Shown in pieces: positions 39,901 to 51,025 of a stretch of 64,000 bases of DNA. Source of the DNA: Gemmatimonadota bacterium (GTDB lineage Bacteria > Gemmatimonadota > Gemmatimonadetes > Gemmatimonadales > Gemmatimonadaceae); the NCBI GenBank assembly GCA_031372565.1, contig JANMLN010000054.1, forward strand, positions 1 to 64,000, given 5' to 3'. Numbering within the stretch: the first letter of the stretch is position 1; every line of letters begins with the position of its first letter. The notes below the pieces were generated by a model that saw nothing but the letters and a program-made list of their open reading frames with translations, was not told the DNA's origin and ran no database searches. The position numbers were made by a program, and so were the translations under genes.

Positions 39901-42900
39901 GCGATCGGTCCCGACGGGCCGCAGCCCATCGGCACGGTCGCGATGCTGGTCTCGCTCGGCCTGCTCGTGGCGCTCTGGGGAATGGCGCCGTTCATCGCCC
40001 ATTGGATGAGCCAGCCGCGCACGCCGCACGTGGCGCCCTTCTCCGACGCGGCGCGCGCGCGCGCGCTCGCCTATGCGCGCACGCACTGGGGCTTCTTCGC
40101 CCGGTTCGCCGACGCCTCCACCGCGTGGCTCGCCCCCGACAACGAGCAGGAGGACCCGACGCGCGTCATCGCGATGCGCACCTCGCCCACGAACATCGGC
40201 CTGCAGCTGCTCTCCACGGCGAGCGCGTACGACCTGGGGATCATCCCGATCGAGGAGATGACCGAGCGCCTCGAGCGCGCCTTCGGCTCGCTCGACCGGA
40301 TGGCACGATTCCGCGGGCACTTCCTCAACTGGTATTCGCTGCCCGACCTCGCCGTGCTCGACCCCGGCTACGTCTCCACGGTCGACAGCGGCAATCTTGC
40401 CGGGCACCTGATCGCCCTGCGGCAGGCCTGCTGCGGCTTCGCCGCCGGTGCGCTCGCCACGTCGCCCAAGCTCGCGTCGCGCCTCGAGCATCTCGCCGGA
40501 CGCATGGACACGATGGTGCTCGAGATGGATTTCGCCTTCCTCTTCGACGACACCACCAAGCTCTTCCGCATCGGCTTCAACACCGCCACGCACCAGCACG
40601 ACGAGTCGTCGTACGACCTGCTCGCCTCCGAGGCGCGCCTCGCGAGCTTCATCGCGATCGCCAAGCATGATGTCGCGCCCGAGCACTGGTTCAGGCTGGG
40701 GCGCATGCTCACGCTCGCGCACGGACGGGCCGCGCTCGTGTCGTGGAGCGGGTCGATGTTCGAGTACCTCATGCCGCTGCTGGTGATGCGCGCCTTCCCG
40801 CAGTCCCTCCTCGGGCTCACGTACGAGGGGGCGATCGAGCGGCAGGCGCGCTACGGCGCCAAGCGCGGCGTGCCGTGGGGGATCAGCGAGAGCACGTACA
40901 ACGTGCGCGACCGGCACCTCACGTACCAGTACCGCGCGTTCGGCGTCCCCGATCTCGCGCTGCAGCGCGGACTCGCGCGCGACCTCGTGGTGGCGCCGTA
41001 CGCCTCGGCCCTCGCGGTGATGGTCGATCCCGAGCGCGCGCTCGCCAACCTCGCGCGGCTCGAGGCGCTGGGCGCGCTCGGCGAGTTCGGCTTCTACGAT
41101 GCGCTCGACTACACCCGCCCCACCGATGACGAGTCGTACGCGACGGTGCGCACGCATATGGCCCACCACGTGGGGATGACGATCGTGGCCCTCGCCAACG
41201 CCTTGATGTCGCAGCGCTGGCAGGAGCGGTTCCACGCCGACCCGATGGTGCGCGCGGCGGCGCTGCTGCTCGACGAGCGCGTGCCGCGGCGGCTCGAGTT
41301 CCAGGAACCGCAGTTCGTCGCCACGGGGGTCTCCGCGCCCGATGCGCAGGTGGATCGGCCGGTCGTGCGCGAGTACGGCACCGTCGACACGCCGCGCCCG
41401 CATGTCGCGCTGCTGGGCCACGCCCCGATGACGGTCATGGTCACGCACGCTGGCGGCGGCTTCAGTCGGTTCGAAGGGCTCTCCGTCACCCGCTGGCGCT
41501 CCGACGGGACGCGCGACGACTCTGGGGAATTCTGCTACGTGAAGGACCTCGGCACCGGGCACACCTGGTCGTCGGGACACCAGCCCACCGGCACCATCGC
41601 CGAGAGCTATCGCGCCTCGCTCGCGACCGACCGCGTCACGATCCTCCGCACCGACGGTGCGCTCGAGACGCGCACCGAGATCGTCGTCGCCCCGGAAGAC
41701 GCCGCCGAGATCCGCCGGGTTACCGTCACCAACAACAGCGGCACCGTGCGCGAGGTGGAGCTCACGAGCTTCGGCGAGATCGTCCTCGCCCCGCGTGCCG
41801 CCGACCGCGTGCATCCGGCCTTCGGCAACCTCTTCGTCGAGACGGAGTGGCATGAGTGGTGCCACACCATCACCGCCACGCGCCGGCCGCGCTCGGCGGA
41901 GGAGGCGACCGTCTGGTGCGCGCACGTGGTCGACACCGGCAAGCACCGCGTCGGCGCCGTCACGTACGAGACCGATCGCGCGCGCTTCATCGGGCGCGGT
42001 CGCTCCACCCGGGAGCCCGCCGCCCTCCAACCGGGCGGCGAACTCTCCGGTACCACGGGCGCGGTGCTCGACCCCATCTTCGCCATCCGCGTGAAGGTGC
42101 GCCTCGAGCCGGGCGAGTCCGAGTCGGTCGCCTTCACCACCATCGTCGCCACGTCGCGCGAACGGATCTTCGCCCTCACCGATCTGTACCATGGCGCCCA
42201 CGCGGCCCGCCGCGCGCTCGACCTCGCCTGGACCTCCACGCAGATCGAGCTCCGCGAGCTGGGGATCTCCCCGGCCGACGCCGCCGCCTGCCAGGAACTC
42301 GCGGGCTACATCCTCTTCCCCGACAGCGTCACGCGCGCGCCGAGCCTCGGGCTCGCGCGCAACGACGGCTGGCAGCAGACGCTCTGGGCGCACGGCATCA
42401 GCGGCGACTGGCCGGTGGTGCTCGCGACGATCGACAGCGCCGAGGGGCTCGCGTCGCTGCAACCCCTGCTCACCGCGCACCGCTACTGGCGCCTGAGGGG
42501 GGTGAACGTGGACCTGCTCGTGGTGAGCAACGAGCCGCAGAGCTACCTGCAGGACCTCCGCGAACGGATCACCGCACTGTTGCTCGCCACCGACGGCTCG
42601 TCGATGCTCGACGCGTCGGGCGGGGTGCACCTCCGCAATCGCTCCGCGCTCGGCCCGGCGGACTTCGACACCATCTCGGCGGTCGCGCGGTTGAGCATCC
42701 CCTGCGATGGCCGCACGCTGGCGCGCATCGTGCGCGACGTCGAGCAGCTCACGGACGCACCGGAGTCGCCCTTCTCGGCGGAACCGATCGAGGCCATGTC
42801 GATCGAGAAGGAACGACGCCCCGCCGCGCACGCCACCGCGCTCACCCGCAGCACGGGCTCCTTCGAACGGCTGCAGTTCGAGAACGGGCGCGGCGGGCTC

Positions 42901-45357
42901 ACCGTGGCGGGCCGGTACAGGATCCGCGTGCAGGGCGACCAGCTCCCGCCGGCGCCGTGGGCGAACGTGATCGCGAACACGCGCGCCGGTTTCGTCGTCA
43001 CCGAGCAGGGCGGCGGCTTCACCTGGGCCACGAGCTCGTACTTCTATCGTCTCACGCCCTGGTTCAACGACCCGGTGAGCGACCCGGTGGGCGAGGTGCT
43101 CTACCTGCGCGACGAGGAGAACGGCGAGTTCTGGAGCGCGACGCCCGCCCCCGTGCGGCGCGGCATCGCGTACGACGTCGAGCATGGCGCCGGCCTGAGC
43201 GTCTTCCGCCACGAGCACGCGGGGATCATCACGCGGCTCACGATGGGCGTCGCCGGCGAGGATCCGGTGAAGCTCTCGATCATCCGCGTCACGAACAACA
43301 GCGGTCGTCCCCGCCGGCTCACGCTCACCTCGTACGTCAAGTGGACCCTCGGCGTGCTGCGCGAACTCACGCAGCACCGGGTGCGCACGCGCTTCGACGC
43401 CGCGCACGGCGCCGTCCTCGCGGACAATCCGTTCGATCCCCAGTTCGCCGCGACCGTCGCCTTCTCCGCGATGAGCGCCCCGGTCGCCACGCACACCGGC
43501 GACCGCCGCGAGTTCATCGGCCGCAACGACTCGCCCGCCGACCCGGCCGCGCTGCGTCGTCCCGCGCTCGGCGAACGCACCGGACTCGGCGTCGATCCCT
43601 GTGCCGCACTGCGCACCGTGCTCGATCTCGCGCCCGGCGAATCGCGCACCATCGTCGTGTTGCTCGGCGCGGCTCCCGACGACGCCGAGGCGCGGCGCCT
43701 GCTCGCGGCGTATCGCGACGTGGCGCGCGCCGAGGCCGCGCTCGACCAGACCGTCCAGGCGTGGGACGACCGGCTGAGCGTCGTCGCCGTGCGCACGCCG
43801 GAGCCCAGCTTCGACGCGATCGTGAACCGATGGAGCCTGTATCAGGCACTCGCGTGCCGGCTCTGGGCGCGTTCGGCCACGTACCAGAGCAGCGGCGCGT
43901 TCGGCTTCCGCGACCAGTTGCAGGACGCCATGGCGTTGGTCTATGCCGAGCCCGAACTCGCGCGCGCGCAGCTTCTCCGCGCCGCGGCCCGCCAGTTCCC
44001 CGAGGGCGACGTCCAGCACTGGTGGCATCCGGAGAGCGGCCGCGGCGTGCGCACGCGCTTCTCCGACGACCTCGCCTGGTTGCCGTACGTGGTGGAGCAG
44101 TACGTCCGGGTCACCGGCGATCGCTCGGTGCTCGACGAGGAGGTCGCGTTCATCACCATGCGGGCGCTCGAGCCGGCCGAGCACGAGGTGTACGACCTGC
44201 CGCACGTGAGCGAGGATCGCGCGAGCATCTACGAGCACTGCCGCCGCGCCCTCATGAAGGCGTGCACCACCGGCGCCCACGGATTGCCGCTCATCGGCAC
44301 CGGCGACTGGAACGACGGGATGAGCCGCGTGGGCAAGGACGGACGCGGCGAGAGTGTCTGGCTCGGCTGGTTCCTCGTCGCGACGCTGCGCGCCTTCGCC
44401 CCCATCGCCGCCGCGCGCGGCGATGCCGCGAGCGACGCGACCTTCCGTGCACAGGCCGACCGCTACGTGGACGCGATCGAGAAGGAAGGCTGGGACGGCG
44501 CCTGGTACCGCCGTGCCTTCTTCGACGACGGCACGCCGCTCGGCTCGAGCACGGAGCCCGAGTGCCGGATCGATTCGATCGCGCAGAGCTGGAGCGTCAT
44601 CTCCGGTGCCGGACGCCCCGATCGCCAGGCGCAGGCCATGCGCGCGCTCGAGGAGCAGCTCGTCGACCCGCTCGCGCGACTCATCAAGCTCCTCACCCCG
44701 CCGTTCGACAAGACCCCGCACGACCCCGGCTACATCAAGGGCTACGTCCCCGGCGTCCGCGAGAACGGGGCGCAGTACACGCACGCTGCCCTCTGGGCCG
44801 TGCTGGCCGCCGCGCGCCGCGGCGACGGCACCAAGGCCGTCTCCTGGTTCCAGATGCTCAACCCCTTCACGCACACCGACACGCCCGAGGGCGTCGCGAC
44901 CTATCGCGTGGAGCCGTACGTCGTCGCCGCCGACGTGTACACCACGCGGGGCGCGCTCGGGCGCGGCGGGTGGACCTGGTACACGGGATCAGCGAGCTGG
45001 ATGTACCGCGTGGGGCTCGAGGCGATTGTCGGCTTCCAGAAGACCGGCGACACGCTACGGATCGAACCCTGCGTGCCGGAGACCTGGCCGGAACTGGGGG
45101 TCGAGTATCGGTTCGCGCGGTCGACGTACTCGATCACCGTGACGCTCCCCGGTCTGTTGCGGACGCTGGGCGCGCGCGTGACGCTCGACGGCGAGGAACT
45201 CGCGGATGGGGCCGTCCCGCTCGTGGATGACGGACTGCGGCACGTGGTGATCATCACGCCGCTGGAGCCGCAGGCGCTCGACGCCCAGTCGCCTCGAGAC
45301 ATTGGGTCGTCTGCCCTAGTGACACCGGTTGCAGGGAAGGCTAGAATCGCGCTGTAG
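36997..45357 (+). CDS. cgs: Cyclic beta-1,2-glucan synthase (GT84 + cyclising domain + GH94 phosphorylase)
   Basis: About 2790 aa; WFLDN, GWERKRGK, TLDADT, SHDLIEG, RRHRWIRGDWQ, TSPTNIG, YDLLASEAR, PWGISES, FGFRDQLQD, GDWNDG, ENGAQYTH, WYTGS. Homologue of ndvB/chvB. Confidence 0.93.
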   Translation: MNTLFSRRAIPRRPPPSVEDVYAGPIRGELLGAERLADRARGLAKAQQAIHERRKRRLREPPARLLIRLAQTRRILEGAEVRLTAAAQRGTDIGPAGDWFLDNFHVVREHASQVHESLPEDYFRELPILTHGTLAAYPRVYEIAITLISHAEARIDLDNVDVFVGAFQERLVLSLGELWAVPAMLRLGLIESVRRMTLRTLERLDEIEAADKWTAHILSRSALGQDAMRGAIAEFVEERHVLTPTFVSRLLQQLRASAGAVPPLVGIEQWFAEEGFGPTEAATRAAERLAMTTHVMANSIMSLRSIGPRDWSRFVERQSAVERELRGDPSGDYPHMTFATRDTYRHAVERMAKHAGATEVQVAQRAVAHARGFADDPRLSHVGYWLVDRGVGAFEATIGYAAPRPLRVRRWLRRQPNLVYTSAIASGTLVALGLLQWAAGAEARTSWIVVSVVGLLLAFDIAVSLMTQAVTAFLPPRLLPRLDFTQVGIPAGCRTAVVVPTLVANIPEVEAALSGLEVQFLANRRSHLHYALLSDYADAATETCPDDAAILAAAVRGVEALNDRYAPVTRDAFYLFHRDRQWNESQGVWMGWERKRGKLAQFNRFLRGTANGAFAVTVGSVEVLRQVKYVITLDADTVLPPDEALALVGAIAHPLNRAVFDPVKSRVVEGYGILQPRVNVSLASAQRSRFAAIHSGHPGVDPYTTAVSDVYQDLYGEGSYTGKGIYDVDVFETATHGRFPENTLLSHDLIEGNYARAGLVTDIMLFDDYPARYLTFWRRRHRWIRGDWQLLRWLTRTVPGPAGPERNRLSFLARWKILDNLRRSTVEMAQLVFLLAGWLHLTGTSLRWTALGLLAVAAPWIIALTIAVVKPARDKSLRAYYGAVWRDAVTSAEQFGLTIVFLPQQAWLAADAIARTLWRLAVSRRSLLEWQPAALAEKATLHSLGLAWRTMWPAALTPVLFFAFVAGRAIGPDGPQPIGTVAMLVSLGLLVALWGMAPFIAHWMSQPRTPHVAPFSDAARARALAYARTHWGFFARFADASTAWLAPDNEQEDPTRVIAMRTSPTNIGLQLLSTASAYDLGIIPIEEMTERLERAFGSLDRMARFRGHFLNWYSLPDLAVLDPGYVSTVDSGNLAGHLIALRQACCGFAAGALATSPKLASRLEHLAGRMDTMVLEMDFAFLFDDTTKLFRIGFNTATHQHDESSYDLLASEARLASFIAIAKHDVAPEHWFRLGRMLTLAHGRAALVSWSGSMFEYLMPLLVMRAFPQSLLGLTYEGAIERQARYGAKRGVPWGISESTYNVRDRHLTYQYRAFGVPDLALQRGLARDLVVAPYASALAVMVDPERALANLARLEALGALGEFGFYDALDYTRPTDDESYATVRTHMAHHVGMTIVALANALMSQRWQERFHADPMVRAAALLLDERVPRRLEFQEPQFVATGVSAPDAQVDRPVVREYGTVDTPRPHVALLGHAPMTVMVTHAGGGFSRFEGLSVTRWRSDGTRDDSGEFCYVKDLGTGHTWSSGHQPTGTIAESYRASLATDRVTILRTDGALETRTEIVVAPEDAAEIRRVTVTNNSGTVREVELTSFGEIVLAPRAADRVHPAFGNLFVETEWHEWCHTITATRRPRSAEEATVWCAHVVDTGKHRVGAVTYETDRARFIGRGRSTREPAALQPGGELSGTTGAVLDPIFAIRVKVRLEPGESESVAFTTIVATSRERIFALTDLYHGAHAARRALDLAWTSTQIELRELGISPADAAACQELAGYILFPDSVTRAPSLGLARNDGWQQTLWAHGISGDWPVVLATIDSAEGLASLQPLLTAHRYWRLRGVNVDLLVVSNEPQSYLQDLRERITALLLATDGSSMLDASGGVHLRNRSALGPADFDTISAVARLSIPCDGRTLARIVRDVEQLTDAPESPFSAEPIEAMSIEKERRPAAHATALTRSTGSFERLQFENGRGGLTVAGRYRIRVQGDQLPPAPWANVIANTRAGFVVTEQGGGFTWATSSYFYRLTPWFNDPVSDPVGEVLYLRDEENGEFWSATPAPVRRGIAYDVEHGAGLSVFRHEHAGIITRLTMGVAGEDPVKLSIIRVTNNSGRPRRLTLTSYVKWTLGVLRELTQHRVRTRFDAAHGAVLADNPFDPQFAATVAFSAMSAPVATHTGDRREFIGRNDSPADPAALRRPALGERTGLGVDPCAALRTVLDLAPGESRTIVVLLGAAPDDAEARRLLAAYRDVARAEAALDQTVQAWDDRLSVVAVRTPEPSFDAIVNRWSLYQALACRLWARSATYQSSGAFGFRDQLQDAMALVYAEPELARAQLLRAAARQFPEGDVQHWWHPESGRGVRTRFSDDLAWLPYVVEQYVRVTGDRSVLDEEVAFITMRALEPAEHEVYDLPHVSEDRASIYEHCRRALMKACTTGAHGLPLIGTGDWNDGMSRVGKDGRGESVWLGWFLVATLRAFAPIAAARGDAASDATFRAQADRYVDAIEKEGWDGAWYRRAFFDDGTPLGSSTEPECRIDSIAQSWSVISGAGRPDRQAQAMRALEEQLVDPLARLIKLLTPPFDKTPHDPGYIKGYVPGVRENGAQYTHAALWAVLAAARRGDGTKAVSWFQMLNPFTHTDTPEGVATYRVEPYVVAADVYTTRGALGRGGWTWYTGSASWMYRVGLEAIVGFQKTGDTLRIEPCVPETWPELGVEYRFARSTYSITVTLPGLLRTLGARVTLDGEELADGAVPLVDDGLRHVVIITPLEPQALDAQSPRDIGSSALVTPVAGKARIAL

Positions 45358-45388
45358 ACGTTCCGTCTCCCTCAACGGCCGCCGAACT

Positions 45389-46948
45389 GTGACGCGACGA
45401 TTCTGCCTGCTGGTCCTCGCACTGCTCGCCTCGACTGGCTGCGGCAGCTTTCCACGCACCGTGAATCGGACCCTCATCCGACCCGACTCGGCTGGCTCGC
45501 TTGCGGCGCCCACGCCGACGAGTCCGTTCCTCAAGGCACATCTCAAGTCGGGAGAGGTTGCGCTCTTTTCGGCGTGGAGTGTGGATTCTTCCGCCGGCGT
45601 CGTCTCTGGCACGGCGCTGCGTCAGGACATCAACCGACGCCTCGTCCGCGGCGACGGGCCGGTGCGCATTGCGCTGGACTCGGTCGCCCTGTTCGAGACC
45701 AACACGATCGCCTCACACGGGTCGGTGGTCGCCATGGCGATCATGACCGGCGTCTCGATCGGCATGACCGTGTACTGCATCCAGAATCCCAAGGCGTGCT
45801 TCGGTTCGTGTCCCACCTTCTACGTGAAGGACGCGGGCACCGACCGGCTGGTCGCCGAAGGGTTCTCGTCCAGCGTGTCGCCGGCGCTCGAGGCAACGGA
45901 TCTCGACGCGATCGCCGAGGTGGAGGCGGGGCAACGCACCTTTGCGCTGGAAATGCGCGACGAGGCGCTCGAGACCCACAACGTCCGGTGGGCCGACCTG
46001 CTGGTCGTGCCCCATGCGGAGGGCGAGGCGGTGATTGCGGATCGCACGGGCCGTTTTCTGCGCACGGGGCCCTGGGCGGCCCCGGAGCAGTGCCGCGCAC
46101 CGGAGGGTGATTGTCAGCTCGCGGTGGCTGCGCGCGATGCCCGGGAGCGCTTCAGCGGTGCCGATTCGACCGACCTCGCCGCGCGGGAGGTCGTGGAACT
46201 CACCTTCGAACGTCCGCAGGGTCGTGCGGGACCGACGGCACTCGTCCTCGGCTCTCGCCAGACGCTGCTCAGCACCTTCCTGTTCTATCAGGAGCTCGCG
46301 TACATGGGCCGGGAAGCCGGTTCGTGGTTCGCCGCGCTCGAACGCGGGGTGCCGAACGCGCGCGCGAGTGCGCTTGGCATCGACCACGCACTCGGCCGGA
46401 TCGAAGTCGAGGTTGAAGGCGCCGATGGTGCGTGGCACCCCGCTGGCGAAGTCGGTGAAAGCGGCCCGCTCGCGTCCGACGTGCAGTCGCTGGTGTTGCC
46501 ACCCCTCGGAAGCGGCCCCGTGCGCGTGCGGCTGCGCATGGCGCGCGGCTTGTGGCGCCTCGATCTCGTCGCGCTGGCCCCCGTTCTTGGCGAGGCCACG
46601 GCGCTCCGCGTCCGGCCGACGCGCGTGCGACGTGCCGGCACGGACGACGGCGAGGCGTTGGGTCGCCTCACCGACGACGCGCGCTTCCTGACCACGTTGC
46701 CGGGCGATGCCCTCACGCTGGAATACGCGCTGCCCGTCCCCGAGCGCCGCCGCGCGATCTTTCTTGAATCACGCGGCTACTATCTCGAATGGATGCGTGA
46801 CGAGTGGTTGGCCGACGAGAGCGCGGAGCGCGCCATGATGATGATGAGCGATCCTGCACGCGCGCTGCGCGAGCTCGCGCCCGCCTTCAAGCGCACCGAG
46901 GCGCAGATGGAAGCCGCGTTCTGGAGGAGTCGCTATGTGGCGCGCTAG
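45389..46948 (+). CDS. Hypothetical lipoprotein with internal hydrophobic segment and CFGSCP motif
   Basis: Lipobox LASTGC after GTG 45389; VVAMAIMTGVSIGMTVYC; KACFGSCPTFY; FLESRGYYLEW. Confidence 0.7.
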   Translation: MTRRFCLLVLALLASTGCGSFPRTVNRTLIRPDSAGSLAAPTPTSPFLKAHLKSGEVALFSAWSVDSSAGVVSGTALRQDINRRLVRGDGPVRIALDSVALFETNTIASHGSVVAMAIMTGVSIGMTVYCIQNPKACFGSCPTFYVKDAGTDRLVAEGFSSSVSPALEATDLDAIAEVEAGQRTFALEMRDEALETHNVRWADLLVVPHAEGEAVIADRTGRFLRTGPWAAPEQCRAPEGDCQLAVAARDARERFSGADSTDLAAREVVELTFERPQGRAGPTALVLGSRQTLLSTFLFYQELAYMGREAGSWFAALERGVPNARASALGIDHALGRIEVEVEGADGAWHPAGEVGESGPLASDVQSLVLPPLGSGPVRVRLRMARGLWRLDLVALAPVLGEATALRVRPTRVRRAGTDDGEALGRLTDDARFLTTLPGDALTLEYALPVPERRRAIFLESRGYYLEWMRDEWLADESAERAMMMMSDPARALRELAPAFKRTEAQMEAAFWRSRYVAR

Positions 46949-47477
46949 CGCGTGGAGGCGCTCGGCGTGGGCCGTGGCCAGCTCCGTCCTGTTGGGGGGC
47001 TGCTACTACTCGAAGGCGCTCCCGGGTGAGCTGCCGACCGCGGACAACGTGGCCCGCGACAGCTTCGGGGCGTGGGTGAGGCTTCAATGGTTGAGCCCGC
47101 AGTTCGAGGAGCGCGCGGTGGTGGGCGAGCTGATCGCGCTCACCCCCGACACCGCGTTCGTGCTCACCTGGGAGTCGTTGGTCGCGCTCCCGGTGCCCGC
47201 CATTCGGCGCGTCGAAGCGGAGCTCTATGACCAGCCCAAGACGCCGCTGACGCTGTGGACAGCGGCGGGTATTGTCTCGTCGTTGTACACCCACGGCTTC
47301 TTTTTCTTCAGCGTGGCCCCGGCATGGGGGCTGACGGGTGCCTTGTCGATGGCGGGCTCGTCCAAGGCGCCCGCGCACGACGCACTCTCTCCGACCGTGG
47401 CGAAGTTCGCCCGCTTCCCGCAGGGTCTGCCGGCGGGGCTGGACCGGACGGCGCTCAAGCCGCGGCCACGCCGCTAG
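46935..47477 (+). CDS. Hypothetical lipoprotein/membrane protein
   Basis: LLGGC lipobox; hydrophobic segment; C-terminal FARFPQGLP; overlaps the upstream gene end. Confidence 0.65.
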   Translation: MWRASAWRRSAWAVASSVLLGGCYYSKALPGELPTADNVARDSFGAWVRLQWLSPQFEERAVVGELIALTPDTAFVLTWESLVALPVPAIRRVEAELYDQPKTPLTLWTAAGIVSSLYTHGFFFFSVAPAWGLTGALSMAGSSKAPAHDALSPTVAKFARFPQGLPAGLDRTALKPRPRR

Positions 47478-47601
47478 CCTCGACGTCCTGCCGTCGAGGT
47501 ATCGGCTGTTGATGGCGCGGCACTCTTGGCCGCGTCGCGCCGATATCTTTAGCCCGAGCGCCAGCGCGACCACGAAACCGGACGACCTTCGGCGTGGTTG
47601 A

Positions 47602-49869
<2,268 letters not shown>

Positions 49870-49898
49870 TGCAACGGGGCGGGGCAGGGTGACGCAAC

Positions 49899-49934
49899 AG
49901 GGAGGCGCCTCGGTGAGAACCGGAGCGCCTCCCT
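49899..49934. terminator. Hairpin between convergent katG and the oxidoreductase operon
   Basis: AGGGAGGCGC-CTC-GGT-gaga-ACC-GGA-GCGCCTCCCT followed by TCTGCTTGT. Confidence 0.65.
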
Positions 49935-49969
49935 TCTGCTTGTATCGCAGTACCGACCGACCGCCTGCC

Positions 49970-51025
49970 CTACCGGTACTCGCTCATCAGCGCGTCGAGC
50001 GCCGCGCTCCCGGGACACAACAGGTCGAACGGCAGGTCGATCAGCGGCGTCTCCACCGTGTGCATCATGTCGTGCATCTCCCGGCCCGATCCGTCGACGA
50101 ACAACAGCCCGGTCGCGAGTTCGCCGCGAGCGTCACAGGCGGCCACATGCGCGTACGCCGAAGCGCGGCTGGTCGGGTCGTAGTCGGGCGACGTGGCATG
50201 CAGGCGTACGCTCGCCCCGTGATGCAGCGCCACCTCGCTCAGGCCCGCAGCCGCCTCGTCGACCGTGATCGCGCGCTGGATCGGGATGAAGTCGGCGTGG
50301 ACCTCCTCCACATCATGCGCCCGCGTGTAGGCGTAGCTCTTGGTGGAGCCCTCGTGATCGTTGAAGGTCACGCAGGGGCTGATCACGTCCACGAGCGCAA
50401 AGCCATGGTGTGACAACCCGGCCTTGAGAATCGGCACGAGCTGCTGCTTGTCACCGGAGAACGAGCGAGCCACGAAGGTCGCGCCGAGCGAGAGCGCCAG
50501 CAGCACCGGATCGATCGGCGCCTGCTCGTTGGCCTCACCCTTCTTGCTCTTCGAACCGATGTCCGCCGACGCGGAAAACTGGCCCTTGGTCAGTCCGTAC
50601 ACGCCGTTGTTCTCGAGCACGTACAGCATGTTCACGTTGCGGCGGATCGCGTGCGACAGCTGCCCGAGTCCGATCGAGAGCGAGTCGCCATCGCCCGACA
50701 CCCCGATGAAGGTCAGCGAGCGGTTCGCCGCCGCCGCGCCCGACGTGACCGACGGCATGCGTCCGTGCACGCTGTTGAAGCCATGCGACTGCTTCATGAA
50801 GTACGCGGTCGTCTTGGACGAGCAGCCGATGCCGCTCATCTTGGCGGCGCCGTGTGGCGGCAGGGCGAGTTCCCACGTCGCTTGCACGATGGCGGCGGTC
50901 ACCGAGTCGTGGCCGCATCCGGCGCACAGCGTGCTCATCGCGCCCTCGTAGTCGCGAAGCGTGAGGCCGAGCGCATTGGTGCGTGCGCCGGGATGGCTGA
51001 CGGGGGGCTTGGTGATGGAGGTCAT
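49970..51025 (-). CDS. 2-oxoacid:ferredoxin oxidoreductase beta subunit
   Basis: LCAGCGHD, SGIGCSSK, HGR, TPP motif GDGD...NNGVYGLTKGQ, SPCVTFN. Confidence 0.95.
   Translation of the reverse strand: MTSITKPPVSHPGARTNALGLTLRDYEGAMSTLCAGCGHDSVTAAIVQATWELALPPHGAAKMSGIGCSSKTTAYFMKQSHGFNSVHGRMPSVTSGAAAANRSLTFIGVSGDGDSLSIGLGQLSHAIRRNVNMLYVLENNGVYGLTKGQFSASADIGSKSKKGEANEQAPIDPVLLALSLGATFVARSFSGDKQQLVPILKAGLSHHGFALVDVISPCVTFNDHEGSTKSYAYTRAHDVEEVHADFIPIQRAITVDEAAAGLSEVALHHGASVRLHATSPDYDPTSRASAYAHVAACDARGELATGLLFVDGSGREMHDMMHTVETPLIDLPFDLLCPGSAALDALMSEYR

Noticed and set aside
37012..45230. Very long antisense and alternate-frame ORFs over cgs (834, 1012, 1124, 1700 aa)
   Set aside because: Shadow ORFs expected in high-GC coding DNA; Arg/Ala/Gly-rich with no motifs. 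The same applies to shadows over the kinases, katG, ppc and the oxidoreductase operon.
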